DNA from: an uncultured delta proteobacterium
GTDB lineage: Bacteria > Desulfobacterota > Desulfomonilia > Desulfomonilales > Desulfomonilaceae
Assembly: GCA_963789265.1 (NCBI GenBank)
Contig: CAWBKB010000001.1
Span: 1,952,001 to 2,016,000 of the forward strand
Direction: 5' to 3'
Length of the DNA: 64,000 nt
The notes under the pieces were generated by a model. The model was not told the origin of the DNA, made no database searches, and worked only from the letters and a program-made list of their open reading frames with translations. Below are positions 25,882 to 35,987 of the stretch, piece by piece. The translations under genes and the position numbers were made by a program. How positions within the stretch are numbered: the stretch's first letter is position 1; each line of letters starts with the position of its first letter.

Positions 25882-26798
25882 AGACCGAAAGCCGTCTCGA
25901 AAAGGTCCTTAGCGCAGGACATTTTGCCGTGACCGCAGAGTGCGGCCCGCCCAAAGGCGCCGACGTCGCGGCGCTCGAAATAAAGGGAAAAATTCTTCTG
26001 AATCGCGTCGATGCGGTCAATGTTACCGACAATCAGACAGCCATTGTAAGAATGTCTTCCCTGGCCGCTTGCACGATCTTGAAAGGGCTCGGGCATGAGC
26101 CGATCCTTCAGATGGTTACCCGAGATCGGAACAGGATTGCACTCCAGAGCGATCTCTTCGGAGCTTACGCTTTGGGAATCCGGAATGTCCTGTGTCTCAC
26201 TGGAGACCACCACTGCTTCGGCAACCAGAAGGAGGCGGCGGGCGTCTTTGATCTCGATTCCATTCAGCTCTTGAAGACGGTTCGAGACATGCGGGACCAG
26301 GGGAAAATAATCGGCGGCGAAGACATTCAGGTTCCTCCGAAACTGTTTATCGGCGCTGCTGCAAATCCCTTTGCGGACCCGCCGAACTGGCGGGTGGTCA
26401 GACTTGCCAAGAAAGTCGCGGCAGGTGCGGATTTCATCCAAACGCAATGCGTGTTCAACTTGGACCGTTTTTCAGAATTCATGAATCAGGCTCGCGATAT
26501 GGGGCTAACCGAACAAGTGAGCATCCTGGCCGGAATTACACCCATGAAAGGTGTGGGCATGGCCCGTTACATGGCGTCCAAAGTCGCGGGAATGGATGTG
26601 CCCGAAGATACTATCAAGAGAATAGCCGGAGTTCCCAAAGATAAGCAGGCTGACGAAGGGATCAAGATCGCAGTGGAGACGATCCAACAGGTCCGCGAAA
26701 TCAAAGGAGTGGCCGGAGTCCATCTCATGGCCATAGAGTGGGAGCAGAAAGTGCCGGAGATCCTCGAAGCAGCAGGGCTGGCCGAAAGGCCTGCCTAA
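25878..26798 (+). CDS. metF: 5,10-methylenetetrahydrofolate reductase
   Basis: VTAECGPPKG, NVTDNQ, TRDRNRIALQSDL, LCLTGDH, KKVAAGADFIQTQ; GTG start overlaps the metV stop. Confidence 0.95.
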   Translation: MKTESRLEKVLSAGHFAVTAECGPPKGADVAALEIKGKILLNRVDAVNVTDNQTAIVRMSSLAACTILKGLGHEPILQMVTRDRNRIALQSDLFGAYALGIRNVLCLTGDHHCFGNQKEAAGVFDLDSIQLLKTVRDMRDQGKIIGGEDIQVPPKLFIGAAANPFADPPNWRVVRLAKKVAAGADFIQTQCVFNLDRFSEFMNQARDMGLTEQVSILAGITPMKGVGMARYMASKVAGMDVPEDTIKRIAGVPKDKQADEGIKIAVETIQQVREIKGVAGVHLMAIEWEQKVPEILEAAGLAERPA

Positions 26799-26842
26799 TG
26801 CTGTTGAATTAAGGTGCCGACCCTGGATGGGGCACCCTATCC

Positions 26843-26957
26843 GTCATTCCTGCGCATGCAGGAATCCAGTCCCGCAAGACGCACGGCTGGACCCCGGATC
26901 GAAGTCCGGGGTGACGGCATCGAGTGACGTAGGGTGCTGGTGACGCCGCATGGCATG
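26843..26957. repeat. REP-like unit GTCATTCCTGCG..GCAGGAATCCAG...CTGGACCCCGGATC..GTCCGGGGTGAC
   Basis: Palindromic; second half shared with 12001-12070. Confidence 0.75.
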
Positions 26958-27114
26958 CGGAGAAACCGCACCAATTGCGGAGGATAAATAGCGTCTCCTG
27001 CTTCGAGTCCAGGATCACACAGCGGCCTGAAGGACTCTTCGCTAGTTCAACAGTATTGGAAAGACTAGCCGTCCCATAAACGGCTGAGACGTTCTCGTGT
27101 AAAAGAGTCGGACG

Positions 27115-28506
27115 ATGCCTAAAAAATACCACATCGATGTTCATAACACTCCGAACCGATATCCCGTGATAGGTCGATCCGGTATTGTGGACTGGGGTGA
27201 AGGTTGTCTGAAGTGTGCAAAATGTGTCAAACTTGAATGCGTATACGATGTGTATCGTCAAAGATACTTTTCAGCGGATATAATGAGCGATACCATCGAC
27301 GAGCTCTGCAAGGGATGCTTCCGTTGCGTACAGGGCTGTCCGAAGCGCTTGATCCACAAGACAATTAATCCGGAGTATGAGAAACTCGGAGACGACGTTT
27401 ATACACCGGATATCATCGCTATCACCTGGGAACAAGCCAAATCCGGCAAGATTCCCGTTTCGGGTGCGGGTTACGGCGGCTCTTTTTCCGGCCCCGGTTT
27501 CGACTCCATGTGGACGGATATGAGCGAGATCGTCCGGCCCACCAGAGACGGCATACACGGTCGGGAGTACATTTCCACTGTCATCGACATCGGTCGTAGG
27601 CAATCCGTGCTTCAGTTCGACCGGGATGGAAAACTCCTCTCCGAACCGCTTCCTTCCATCAAGGTTCCAATACCCATTCTTTTTGACATTCTCCCTTTTG
27701 GCGATCTCTCCTCGGAAGTCTGGGAGGCAATGGCTGCGGCCGCTGCCCGAATCCAGACGCTCATGGTAGTTCCCGAGCTTCAGGCAAAAGAATTGTCGCA
27801 TCATGCACACTCCTTTGTTCCTTTCCTGGAAAGTGACCGGATCGATTACGAGTGGGTGAAGGGATTCCAGATGGTGGAAATCCCGGACATGCCCGGTTCC
27901 CTCGCAACGATGGCCTCTCTGAAGAGTGCCAAGCCTGAGTTGCTGGTGTCGATTCGTATGCCTGCGATTTCTTCTCAGGAGAATCTCCGTCGCGTAATCG
28001 AGTTCGCCCGAGCCGGGGTTGATCTCATACACTACGTTGCAGACGAGAGAGGATACGAGCCAGGAGTCACAAACGGTCTCCACCTCAAGGACATCATAAA
28101 AGAGGTTCACACCGCCCTTCTCCAGGAAGGATTGAGAGATGAGATCACCTTCATGGCATCCGGTGGTATCGCAATGGCCGAGCATGTCATCAAATCAATG
28201 CTCTGCGGTGCGAACCTAGTGGCGGTCGATGTCCCACTCTTAATCGCCCTTGAATGCCGCGTATGTCGCAACTGCCGTGAAGAGGCGGAATGCCCGGTTC
28301 GCATAGCAGAAAGCAACTCCCGGTGGGGTTCCCAACGAATAGTCAATCTTATGGGAGCATGGCACAATCAGATGCTGGAGATGATGGGAGCTATGGGTAT
28401 TCGTGAGGCGAGAAGATTAAGAGGTGAGCGGGGCCGCGTCATGTTTATGGAAGATCTTGAGAACGACACGTTCGCTCAGCTTTTTGCCCATCGCGATTCA
28501 TTATAA
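27115..28506 (+). CDS. Ferredoxin-fused glutamate synthase FMN-domain-like protein (degenerate paralog)
   Basis: CLKCAKC..C and CKGCFRCVQGCP; GFDSMWTDMSEIVRPTRDGIHGRE; ASGGI; CRVCRNC; lacks GEGG and QGAKPG. Confidence 0.85.
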   Translation: MPKKYHIDVHNTPNRYPVIGRSGIVDWGEGCLKCAKCVKLECVYDVYRQRYFSADIMSDTIDELCKGCFRCVQGCPKRLIHKTINPEYEKLGDDVYTPDIIAITWEQAKSGKIPVSGAGYGGSFSGPGFDSMWTDMSEIVRPTRDGIHGREYISTVIDIGRRQSVLQFDRDGKLLSEPLPSIKVPIPILFDILPFGDLSSEVWEAMAAAAARIQTLMVVPELQAKELSHHAHSFVPFLESDRIDYEWVKGFQMVEIPDMPGSLATMASLKSAKPELLVSIRMPAISSQENLRRVIEFARAGVDLIHYVADERGYEPGVTNGLHLKDIIKEVHTALLQEGLRDEITFMASGGIAMAEHVIKSMLCGANLVAVDVPLLIALECRVCRNCREEAECPVRIAESNSRWGSQRIVNLMGAWHNQMLEMMGAMGIREARRLRGERGRVMFMEDLENDTFAQLFAHRDSL

Positions 28507-28519
28507 GGGACGGTCCTCA

Positions 28520-30056
28520 ATGGATTATAAGAACGTATGGAGCGAGGTCCCTCGCGCGGAAGTTGTAAATACGCCGTCGAGGTTCGGCCACGCCCTGGGA
28601 AAGTATACGGTAGTTGTCTCGGACGCCTGCAACGACTGCTTGAAGTGCGTGGCTGTCTGTCCGGAAAGCGTGTTCGCCGCTCAAGGAGGGAAGCTCAATC
28701 CTCCCAGGGACCATCTCTGCCTTGGCGTTGATTGTTCCGCAAAATCGAACCGCTGCGTGCGCAACTGCCCGGCGGGCGCAATTAGGGTGGGACTGAACCC
28801 CAGTTCCCGCGCCCTGGGTGACAAAAGATGGACGTCCGATCTTCTCATGAGCACTTGGTACATGGCCGGAAACCGGCTCGCTTCCCAAAAATGGCATTGA
28901 ATATCGGATTGGCGCGTCCAAAGGCGGATTTGACAAGTTGCGCTTTGTTTTTCCCAAGAAATTGCCGAAACCAGGTTTGGACAAGGCCAAGATCGACACG
29001 TCCGTCTGCCTTAACAAGAGAGGTGACGGCAGACCGAAAATCACGATTCCCATTCCGATTTACGGCGGCGGCATGTCATTCGGGTCCATCAGTCAGATCA
29101 CCATGCTGAGCCGGATCAGAGCGTTCGCCGCATGGGGTTCATTCACTTGTACCGGCGAAGGCGGTTATCCCGAGGTCCTATACCCGTTCGACGATCACAT
29201 CATCACTCAGGTAGCCACAGGACTCTTCGGAGTAAGGGAAGAGACCATTCAGCGAGTGAAGATCGTTGAATTCAAGTATGCTCAGGGCGCGAAGCCCGGC
29301 CTGGGAGGACACCTTCTCGGCCCAAAAGTCACCGAAGCTGTGGCGAGGATAAGGGAAACGATTCCCGGTTCGTCACTTTTCAGCCCTTTTCCGTTTCACT
29401 CGGTGTACTCCGTTGAAGACCACAAGAAGCATATCGACTGGATCAAGGCAGTCAACTCCGGAGCGTTGGTTTCGGTGAAAGTATCAACTCCGTCGGATGT
29501 CGATATGGTCGCGGTGGGCTCTTACTACGCTGGGGCACACATCATTCACATTGACGGATCGTACGGCGGAACCGGAGCCGCGCCGGAGGTAGCGAAGAAG
29601 AATATCGCCATGCCGGTGGAGTATGCGATTCCTAAGGTCCACAACTTTCTCGTGAATGAGGGAGTACACGATCACATCACGCTCATAGCTTCAGGAGGAA
29701 TCCGGACAGCCTACGATATCGCGAAAGCTATAGCTCTCGGCGCGGATGGTGTTGTCACCGGGACATCCGAGCTGGTCGCTCTTGAGTGCATCCGTTGTCA
29801 TAACTGTGAAAGCGGCCGTGGTTGCGCCCACGGTTTGGCCACCACCGACCTGGAGCTTGTAGGGCTGATGGATCTTGCCTGGGGCAGCCAACGCATTATC
29901 AACATGCTCAAGTGCTGGGGCGATCAATTGAGAGAAATCCTGTTCCGATTCGGCATGTCCAGCATCAGAGAGCTAACCGGCAGGACAGACGTCCTTGCTC
30001 ATCTGGACTACAACTCCGACGTGCCGGATGACGATATTCGCCGGCAGGTTGGATGA
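28520..30056 (+). CDS. Ferredoxin-fused glutamate synthase FMN-binding subunit (one +1 frameshift near 28868)
   Basis: CNDCLKCVAVCP; GGMSFGS, TGEGG, QVATGLFGV, EFKYAQGAKPGLGGHL, ASGGIR, CIRCHNC. Confidence 0.9.
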
Positions 30057-32728
30057 GGTGGAAGATGAATCACAGCGGCTCCTTTGCTGAAAAAATATTG
30101 GCCGGTCGCCTCAGAGAATTCGGACCCGTCGACTTTGATCGCAACGTCAAACCCTCAGACGAGGGTGGCTGCGGTGTTACAGGGTTCGCGTCCAACGTGC
30201 CTCTGGCCGGCAGGCATATCTTCGAACCGTCGGTTCGGATGCACAACCGCGGAAACGGCAAAGGCGGCGGCATAGCGGCTGTGGGTATGAATCCCGATAT
30301 GCTGGGAGTCACCCGCGAAGTCCTTGATTCACATTACATTCTTAATGTGGCCCTGCTGGACCCGGAATGCCTCGAATCTCTGAAAGAGACCCTGATCACT
30401 CCTTTCTTTCAGGTAGCCAAAGAAGAGATAATCGGCCACGTGCCCGATTATCGTTCAATCGAAGGTCTCGAAGTGAAGCCCCCCGACATTTGGAGGGCCT
30501 TCGTGAGGGTGAAGCCCGGGCCACTGAAGCAATTCATCGAAGAGAACGGCTTGCAGGGCATGCCGGAGAGATATGCCGAAGACGAGTTTGTGAGCCGTAA
30601 CAGCGCTCGCCTCAACAAGAAGTTTTACAGTTCTCTTGGAGAGAAAGCAGCCTTTGTGCTTTCCCACGGGCGAAACGTCATGATCTTGAAGATCGTGGGT
30701 TATGCCGAAAACGTGGTCAGATATTATAAGCTCGAAGACTTCCAAGCTTATGTCTGGATCGCCCATCAGCGCTATCCCACACGCGGACGAGTGTGGCATC
30801 CGGGCGGGGCTCACCCTTTCACGGGTCTCAACGAAGCCCTAGTCCACAATGGGGACTTTGCCAATTACCACGCGACCACCGAGTATCTCAAGCAGAGGGG
30901 ACTCGTACCTCAGTTCATGACGGATACCGAGGTCAGCGTCATGCTGTTCGACCTCTGGAGCCGCGTCTACGGGTACCCGCTTGAAGTGATTATCGAGGCA
31001 TTAGCTCCCACCGGTGAACTCGACTTTGACCTGCTTCCGGCCGAGAAACAGGTTCTTTACGAGAGGGTCCAGTCCACGCACATCCATGCGTCGCCTGACG
31101 GCCCGTGGTTCTTCATTATCGCTCGCAACATTCCGGAAACCAATACGTATCAGCTCCTCGGGATTACCGACACATCCATGTTGCGGCCTCAGGTGTTTTC
31201 CTTGTACGACGGAGAAGTCCAGATCGGCCTTGTCTGTTCGGAAAAACAAGCCATAGATGCGACCCTCCGATCTCTTGCCTCCGAAGACCCGCGCTTCAGC
31301 CCGGTCGCTGACAAGTACTGGAATGCGCGCGGCGGTTCTTCCTCGGATGGCGGTGCGTTCATGTTCGACGTGACTCCGGGTGACAATGGTTCGCACTCGC
31401 TGGCCTGCTTCGATAAATTTGGGAAACAAGTTGAGGTAGAACCTCGTAAGCCTCTGGACATCACCCTGCCTGTCGTTCAGCCGGATGGCTACGAGGCCGA
31501 AATCGAGCCTCTTCTGACCGCGGCCCTCAAATACAAAGATGCAGGGAAGATCCTCGGTGTGTTTCGAGCGCACGCCGCTTCCTGGGATTACAACAGCTTA
31601 AGGTGGGTTGTCCGCCGACTCGGCCGTAAGGCACGCCATGACAAAGAATTTCTTGGCCTGATCATCGACGCTTTAACCCTGATTTTGGACAGACGCTTTC
31701 CCATAGCGGAAAAGAAGCGCTCCGCAGTGATCCGCATTGTAACAGATGAACTCTACTCGGTTTTTAAAGCGTTGCCCAGAATTAGCGATCCGATCAACAT
31801 AGGCTACTTCAGTCTCTTGGATTTTGAGACGCGCAAGGACCTACGGCCGCCTATCGCCATAGAGCGTACGCTGGTGGTGGACGCGAAGGATTTTGAACCC
31901 GAAGGTGACTATTGCGATGCAGTCCTTATCGCGGATGCGTATCGTCTCGGCTGGAGGAAATTCATCGTCTTCGACCTCCGGGGGCAACGTTTTGAGGGTT
32001 GCGGCTTCGGTCCATTGACTGCGGATGTTAAGGTCGACTTGTACGGCTCCTCTGGCGATTACGCAGCCAGCGGCATAGATGGAATGGAGCTGCACATTCA
32101 CGGCAATGCTCAGGATCAGTTAGGCCAGATAATGAAGCGAGGGCTGCTGGTAATTCATGGGGACGTCGGCCAGTGCTTCATGTACGGCGCCAAAGGCGGA
32201 GCCACCTTTGTCCTGGGAAATGCAGCCGGACGGCCCCTCATAAATGCTGCCGGACATCCTCGTGTGGTGATCAACGGCACCGCTCTGGATTTCCTTGCGG
32301 AAAGCTTCATGGCAGGAGATCCGCTCAATGGCGGCGGATTTGTCATCGTAAACGGCCTCACCATGGACGAAGACGGCCGCATTATCTTCTTGGAACGTCC
32401 CTACCCCGGCTCGAACCTCTTCTCCCTCGCATCAGGTGGTGCGCTGTACATACGTGACCCGCATCGGACCACGGTTGAGGAGCAGTTGAACGGCGGGCGC
32501 TACTCCGAACTTTCCGAAGCGGACTGGGACCTGATCCATCCATATCTTGTCGAGAATGAAAAGCATTTCGGCATCAGAGTGGACCAGCTCCTCACTGTGG
32601 ACGGCGTACGGCGGACTCCTCAGGAGGTCTATCGCAAGGTGGAAGCGGTTCCTCTGGCAGTGTTGACACAAATCCCCGATACTGACGATTCGGTCTGGGA
32701 CGCGAAAGCGGCACGAGCTGCGGTTTAG
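30053..32728 (+). CDS. Glutamate synthase-like class II glutamine amidotransferase plus GXGXG domain subunit
   Basis: EGGCGV (Ntn Cys), AHQRYPT, AHPF, VHNGD, TDTEV, DGPW; C-terminal GXGXG beta-helix (HGNAQD, GDVGQ..MYGAKGG). Confidence 0.9.
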   Translation: MRWKMNHSGSFAEKILAGRLREFGPVDFDRNVKPSDEGGCGVTGFASNVPLAGRHIFEPSVRMHNRGNGKGGGIAAVGMNPDMLGVTREVLDSHYILNVALLDPECLESLKETLITPFFQVAKEEIIGHVPDYRSIEGLEVKPPDIWRAFVRVKPGPLKQFIEENGLQGMPERYAEDEFVSRNSARLNKKFYSSLGEKAAFVLSHGRNVMILKIVGYAENVVRYYKLEDFQAYVWIAHQRYPTRGRVWHPGGAHPFTGLNEALVHNGDFANYHATTEYLKQRGLVPQFMTDTEVSVMLFDLWSRVYGYPLEVIIEALAPTGELDFDLLPAEKQVLYERVQSTHIHASPDGPWFFIIARNIPETNTYQLLGITDTSMLRPQVFSLYDGEVQIGLVCSEKQAIDATLRSLASEDPRFSPVADKYWNARGGSSSDGGAFMFDVTPGDNGSHSLACFDKFGKQVEVEPRKPLDITLPVVQPDGYEAEIEPLLTAALKYKDAGKILGVFRAHAASWDYNSLRWVVRRLGRKARHDKEFLGLIIDALTLILDRRFPIAEKKRSAVIRIVTDELYSVFKALPRISDPINIGYFSLLDFETRKDLRPPIAIERTLVVDAKDFEPEGDYCDAVLIADAYRLGWRKFIVFDLRGQRFEGCGFGPLTADVKVDLYGSSGDYAASGIDGMELHIHGNAQDQLGQIMKRGLLVIHGDVGQCFMYGAKGGATFVLGNAAGRPLINAAGHPRVVINGTALDFLAESFMAGDPLNGGGFVIVNGLTMDEDGRIIFLERPYPGSNLFSLASGGALYIRDPHRTTVEEQLNGGRYSELSEADWDLIHPYLVENEKHFGIRVDQLLTVDGVRRTPQEVYRKVEAVPLAVLTQIPDTDDSVWDAKAARAAV

Positions 32729-32839
32729 AGCAATTTCCAAGCAATGATGTCCCCGCGGTTCGCTGCCTAGTATTTTAAGGTGTCAGCACGACGTTCTTGC
32801 AGATAGCTGAATAACGTCACCCTCTCGTAAGCGAGAACC

Positions 32840-32887
32840 TGTAGGGGCGAATGGCATTCGCCCAGGGCGACCGCCGGGCGCCCCTAC
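32840..32887. repeat. GTAG-type REP doublet
   Basis: GTAGGGGCGAATGGCATTCGCCC...GGGCGCCCCTAC; similar copy at 35784-35833. Confidence 0.8.
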
Positions 32888-33017
32888 CATGCTGGATCGA
32901 AGTCCGAGGTGACGGTTCCATTCTCCAAACCGGATAAGAATTCTTGCGTCTTTTGCTATAAAGGAGATATCGGGGTCAATCGCATAAGGAATGTGCCCCT
33001 CTTCAGCCCTCAATTAC

Positions 33018-33779
33018 ATGCCCGAAAATACCGAGCATAGAAAACGGCAGGATTCATTGATTTCAGCAGAAGAAAACCGCGCGATGTTCGACAGGATCGC
33101 GGGCTACTACGACGGGACCAATAAGATCCTTTCCCTGGGATTGGACGGCTTCTGGCGTCGTCGTGCGGTCCGATCTCTTTCCCCTCACGCCGGCGGGAAA
33201 TACCTCGATGTGGGATGCGGCACAGGCGATGTCTCTATTGAGATCCTCAAGCAAGCGCCCGGAAGCACTGTAGTCGGCATTGACCCTTCTGACAAAATGG
33301 TTGAAATAGGCCGGGACAAGGTCAATGGCGCCGGCCTTCAGGACGCGATCTCGCTGGGCATCGGCGACGTCCTCGATCTCGATTTCCCCGACAATTGCTT
33401 TGATGGGGCAATAACTTCCTTTTGCATAAGGAATGTGACGGATCGAACGCGGGGCCTCGCGGAGATTTGCAGAGTTGTCCATCCGGGCGGCCTGCTGGTC
33501 ATCCTGGAGCTTACCGAGCCTTCCGGTCCTGTGATGAAGCCTCTATTTAGAATCTACGCCAACGTGATCATGCCCATTGTTACAAAGGTAATGTCTTCGG
33601 TCTCCGCGTATCGGTATCTGTCGGATTCGATGGCTCATTTCCCCCGAGCTGAAACATTTCTCAACCTCATGGCCGAGACCGGTTTTGTCGGTACCCGGCA
33701 CACGCAAATGACCGGCGGAATTGTGACTCTATTTGTGGGACAAGTACCTTCTGATACCGATTCGCATCCGAGTAAGTGA
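33018..33779 (+). CDS. ubiE: UbiE/MenG quinone C-methyltransferase
   Basis: MFDRIAGYYD..N..LSLG...WRR, LDVGCGTGD, FCIRNV, AYRYLSDS. Confidence 0.92.
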   Translation: MPENTEHRKRQDSLISAEENRAMFDRIAGYYDGTNKILSLGLDGFWRRRAVRSLSPHAGGKYLDVGCGTGDVSIEILKQAPGSTVVGIDPSDKMVEIGRDKVNGAGLQDAISLGIGDVLDLDFPDNCFDGAITSFCIRNVTDRTRGLAEICRVVHPGGLLVILELTEPSGPVMKPLFRIYANVIMPIVTKVMSSVSAYRYLSDSMAHFPRAETFLNLMAETGFVGTRHTQMTGGIVTLFVGQVPSDTDSHPSK

Positions 33780-33884
33780 CACCGTGTTTCCGGTGGGGGC
33801 GGGTTTCAAACCCGCCCTTACACGTCGTCATGCACGCGGACGCGGGCATCCGGTATTGCGTCGGGCATGGCCCGACCTACCTCC

Positions 33885-34054
33885 CATAGGCGCTAACTTA
33901 ACGGCATGCTTTGGACCCGTAAGATCCCCTCACCCTGCCCTCTCCCGCCAGGGGAGAGGGTTTTCAGAATCTCCTCCCTCGATGGGAGGGGCCAGGGGGA
34001 GGGTGACAGCCTATTGGAATTTCTATGCACGGTTACAATAAGTTAACGCCTATG
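33885..34054. mobile_element. MITE (family C-related) carrying a BoxC-like palindrome
   Basis: TIRs CATAGGCGCTAACTTAA / TAAGTTAACGCCTATG; internal CCCCTCACCCTGCCCTCTCCC..GGGGAGAGGG. Confidence 0.78.
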
Positions 34055-34459
34055 AGGCGGAGCCTGGGAACCAGGAAACAAATTGTTCGATACGGAAGTC
34101 GAGATTACAACAAAAGGGCTTGGAAAGTCAACAAGAAGTGCAGGATCTCGGGCCGGGGCCCGCATCGATCCGCGGCATGTAGGGGCGGACACGCGGGGCC
34201 GCCCCTACAATTGATTCCCGCAGTACACACCACCGGGTATTTTCAGGTGAAGCGCGGGAGAACCGCATCATTCGAGTCATACCACGCCTTTGGCGTGGTT
34301 CATTCCGCATCATACGGAATTGTTTCGCGTTCCCGGGCTCTGCCCGGGAATGCCTGCGTTGGAGGCTCTGCCTCGACTATGGTAGTGAAATAAAGGCAGT
34401 TTGCGGGCAGAGCCCGCGAGATATGAGTTCCCAGGCTGAGCCTGGGAACCAGGAGAATG

Positions 34460-34557
34460 GACGGAAAATTGTCGTTGCGAGGAGCAAAGCGACGAAGCAA
34501 TCTCGGTTCTGGGCGCTCTCCGGCAATGAGATTGCTTCGCTTTGCTCGCAATGACAA
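34460..34557. repeat. GTCATTGCGAG-family REP-like double palindrome
   Basis: Near-identical reverse complement of 58071-58167. Confidence 0.85.
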
Positions 34558-34735
34558 TCTCTTGCCGCGCGTAAGTGAATGCTTACTGTGCCGGCTTTTC
34601 TACTTGACAGGTACAGTTGCAGGTGGGAGCTTAATGGCAGGACAATGAGCGGTCATGCTGACATGTCTTATGAGATGCTGATATTGCAAATGTTCCTTTC
34701 TGTCCGAAGCCAAAGCCAAGGAACTCAATCGAACA

Positions 34736-35209
34736 ATGAAGCCTACGGTATACATTGAGACCACGGTGATCAGCTATCTCACTGCAAGACCGAGTCGTGA
34801 TTTGATCATCGCGGCCCACCAGCAAATCGCACATGAGTGGTGGAACACCGCACTACCCAATTTCGAGCCCTTCATTTCCCCCATTGTATTGGAAGAGATA
34901 TCAAGAGGAGATACGAATGCGATAGCTTTGAGATTCGAGAGTATCTCCGATCTTACTCTTTTGGAGGTCTTGCCGGAGGTACGCGATCTTGCAGAGTCAT
35001 ACTTTTCCGCAACAGAAATCCCTGAGAAAGCAAGAGCAGATTCGTATCATCTCAGTTTAGCCTCCTGGCATGGCATGGATTTCTTGGTTTCTTGGAATTG
35101 TACCCACATCGTAAGTGGTAGAGTAAAGAAGATTATCGAGCAGATTAACTCCGTGTATGGGATAAGAACTCCGATAATCTGCACTCCGGAAGAACTCATG
35201 GAGGCCTGA
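34736..35209 (+). CDS. PIN-domain (VapC-like) toxin
   Basis: VYIETTVISYL, acidic PIN residues (EEI, DSYH, DFLVSWNCTHI), C-terminal ICTPEEL. Confidence 0.88.
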   Translation: MKPTVYIETTVISYLTARPSRDLIIAAHQQIAHEWWNTALPNFEPFISPIVLEEISRGDTNAIALRFESISDLTLLEVLPEVRDLAESYFSATEIPEKARADSYHLSLASWHGMDFLVSWNCTHIVSGRVKKIIEQINSVYGIRTPIICTPEELMEA

Positions 35210-35210
35210 C

Positions 35211-35399
35211 ATGTCGAGAGATCCTATAATAGACGAAGTCCGGAGGATTCGGCACGAGATCGAAGCGGAGTGCCAGGACGACCCTCACAAGTACTATGAA
35301 CATGTCCGGGGCATTCAAGGGCAATACAAGAATCGACTTGTCCGGCGGAAGCCGCAACCGGCTCTGCCAGAACACCAATTGCCAATCCAGAGCCGGTAG
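35211..35399 (+). CDS. Small probable antitoxin partner
   Basis: GGAGG RBS; starts 1 nt after the PIN gene; DPIIDEVRRIR pattern typical of partners of this PIN family. Confidence 0.7.
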   Translation: MSRDPIIDEVRRIRHEIEAECQDDPHKYYEHVRGIQGQYKNRLVRRKPQPALPEHQLPIQSR

Positions 35400-35453
35400 G
35401 ATTTGGCGGAGCTGCGGAACGCGGATTTTGTTTCTCGTTCCCGCGCTCTGCCC

Positions 35454-35630
35454 CATAGGCGCTAACTTAACGATTTATTCCCCCCTTTCGTAAAGGGGGG
35501 CCAGGGGGGATTTTAGGATAACCTATTGAAAATCCCCCTAAATCCCCCTTTAGAAAAGGGGGACTTTGATGGCCCTTAGCCCGTTGGACCTTCTCAGAGG
35601 TAACGAGATGCTCTTAAGATAGCGCCTATG
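35454..35630. mobile_element. MITE (family C-related) carrying a CCCCCCTT..AAGGGGGG palindrome pair
   Basis: TIRs CATAGGCGCTAACTTAA / TTAAGATAGCGCCTATG, same as 33885-34054 but with a different interior. Confidence 0.78.
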
Positions 35631-35987
35631 AGGCTGAGACGCGGAACTAGAATACGATAGTAATCGCGGGATAACAAAATGACTTGGTGGCGACGGGCAT
35701 CCTGCCCGTCCGTCAGCGACAGGCTGTCCCGCGTCTCGCGGGACTGACCGCCATTCGTCATCCTGGCCCCTTATTCCGGTATGGTAGGGGCGAATGGCAT
35801 TCGCCTTGGGCGACCCCCGCCGGTCGCCCCTACAGTTCCCCGCGTAGTCGGACACGACGACACGTAGGGGCGGGTTTAAAACGCGCCCCTACTCGGTGTC
35901 ACTTGCTTGATAGCGGGCGGTATTAGATGGACAATCCGCTGAAAAGTTTCGCTCACTTATGACCTTTACATATTTCTGATTCGTGGG

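Noticed and set aside
33667..34650. Short ORFs across the repeat field, and similar ones at 6276-6903, 14807-15067, 35550-35926, 39621-40013 and 57971-58317
   Set aside because: Translations of palindromic repeats, with no RBS or protein-like features
33780..35930. Clustered repeats as a possible CRISPR array
   Set aside because: Units are heterogeneous palindromes with no constant direct repeat and spacer period, and no cas genes are present
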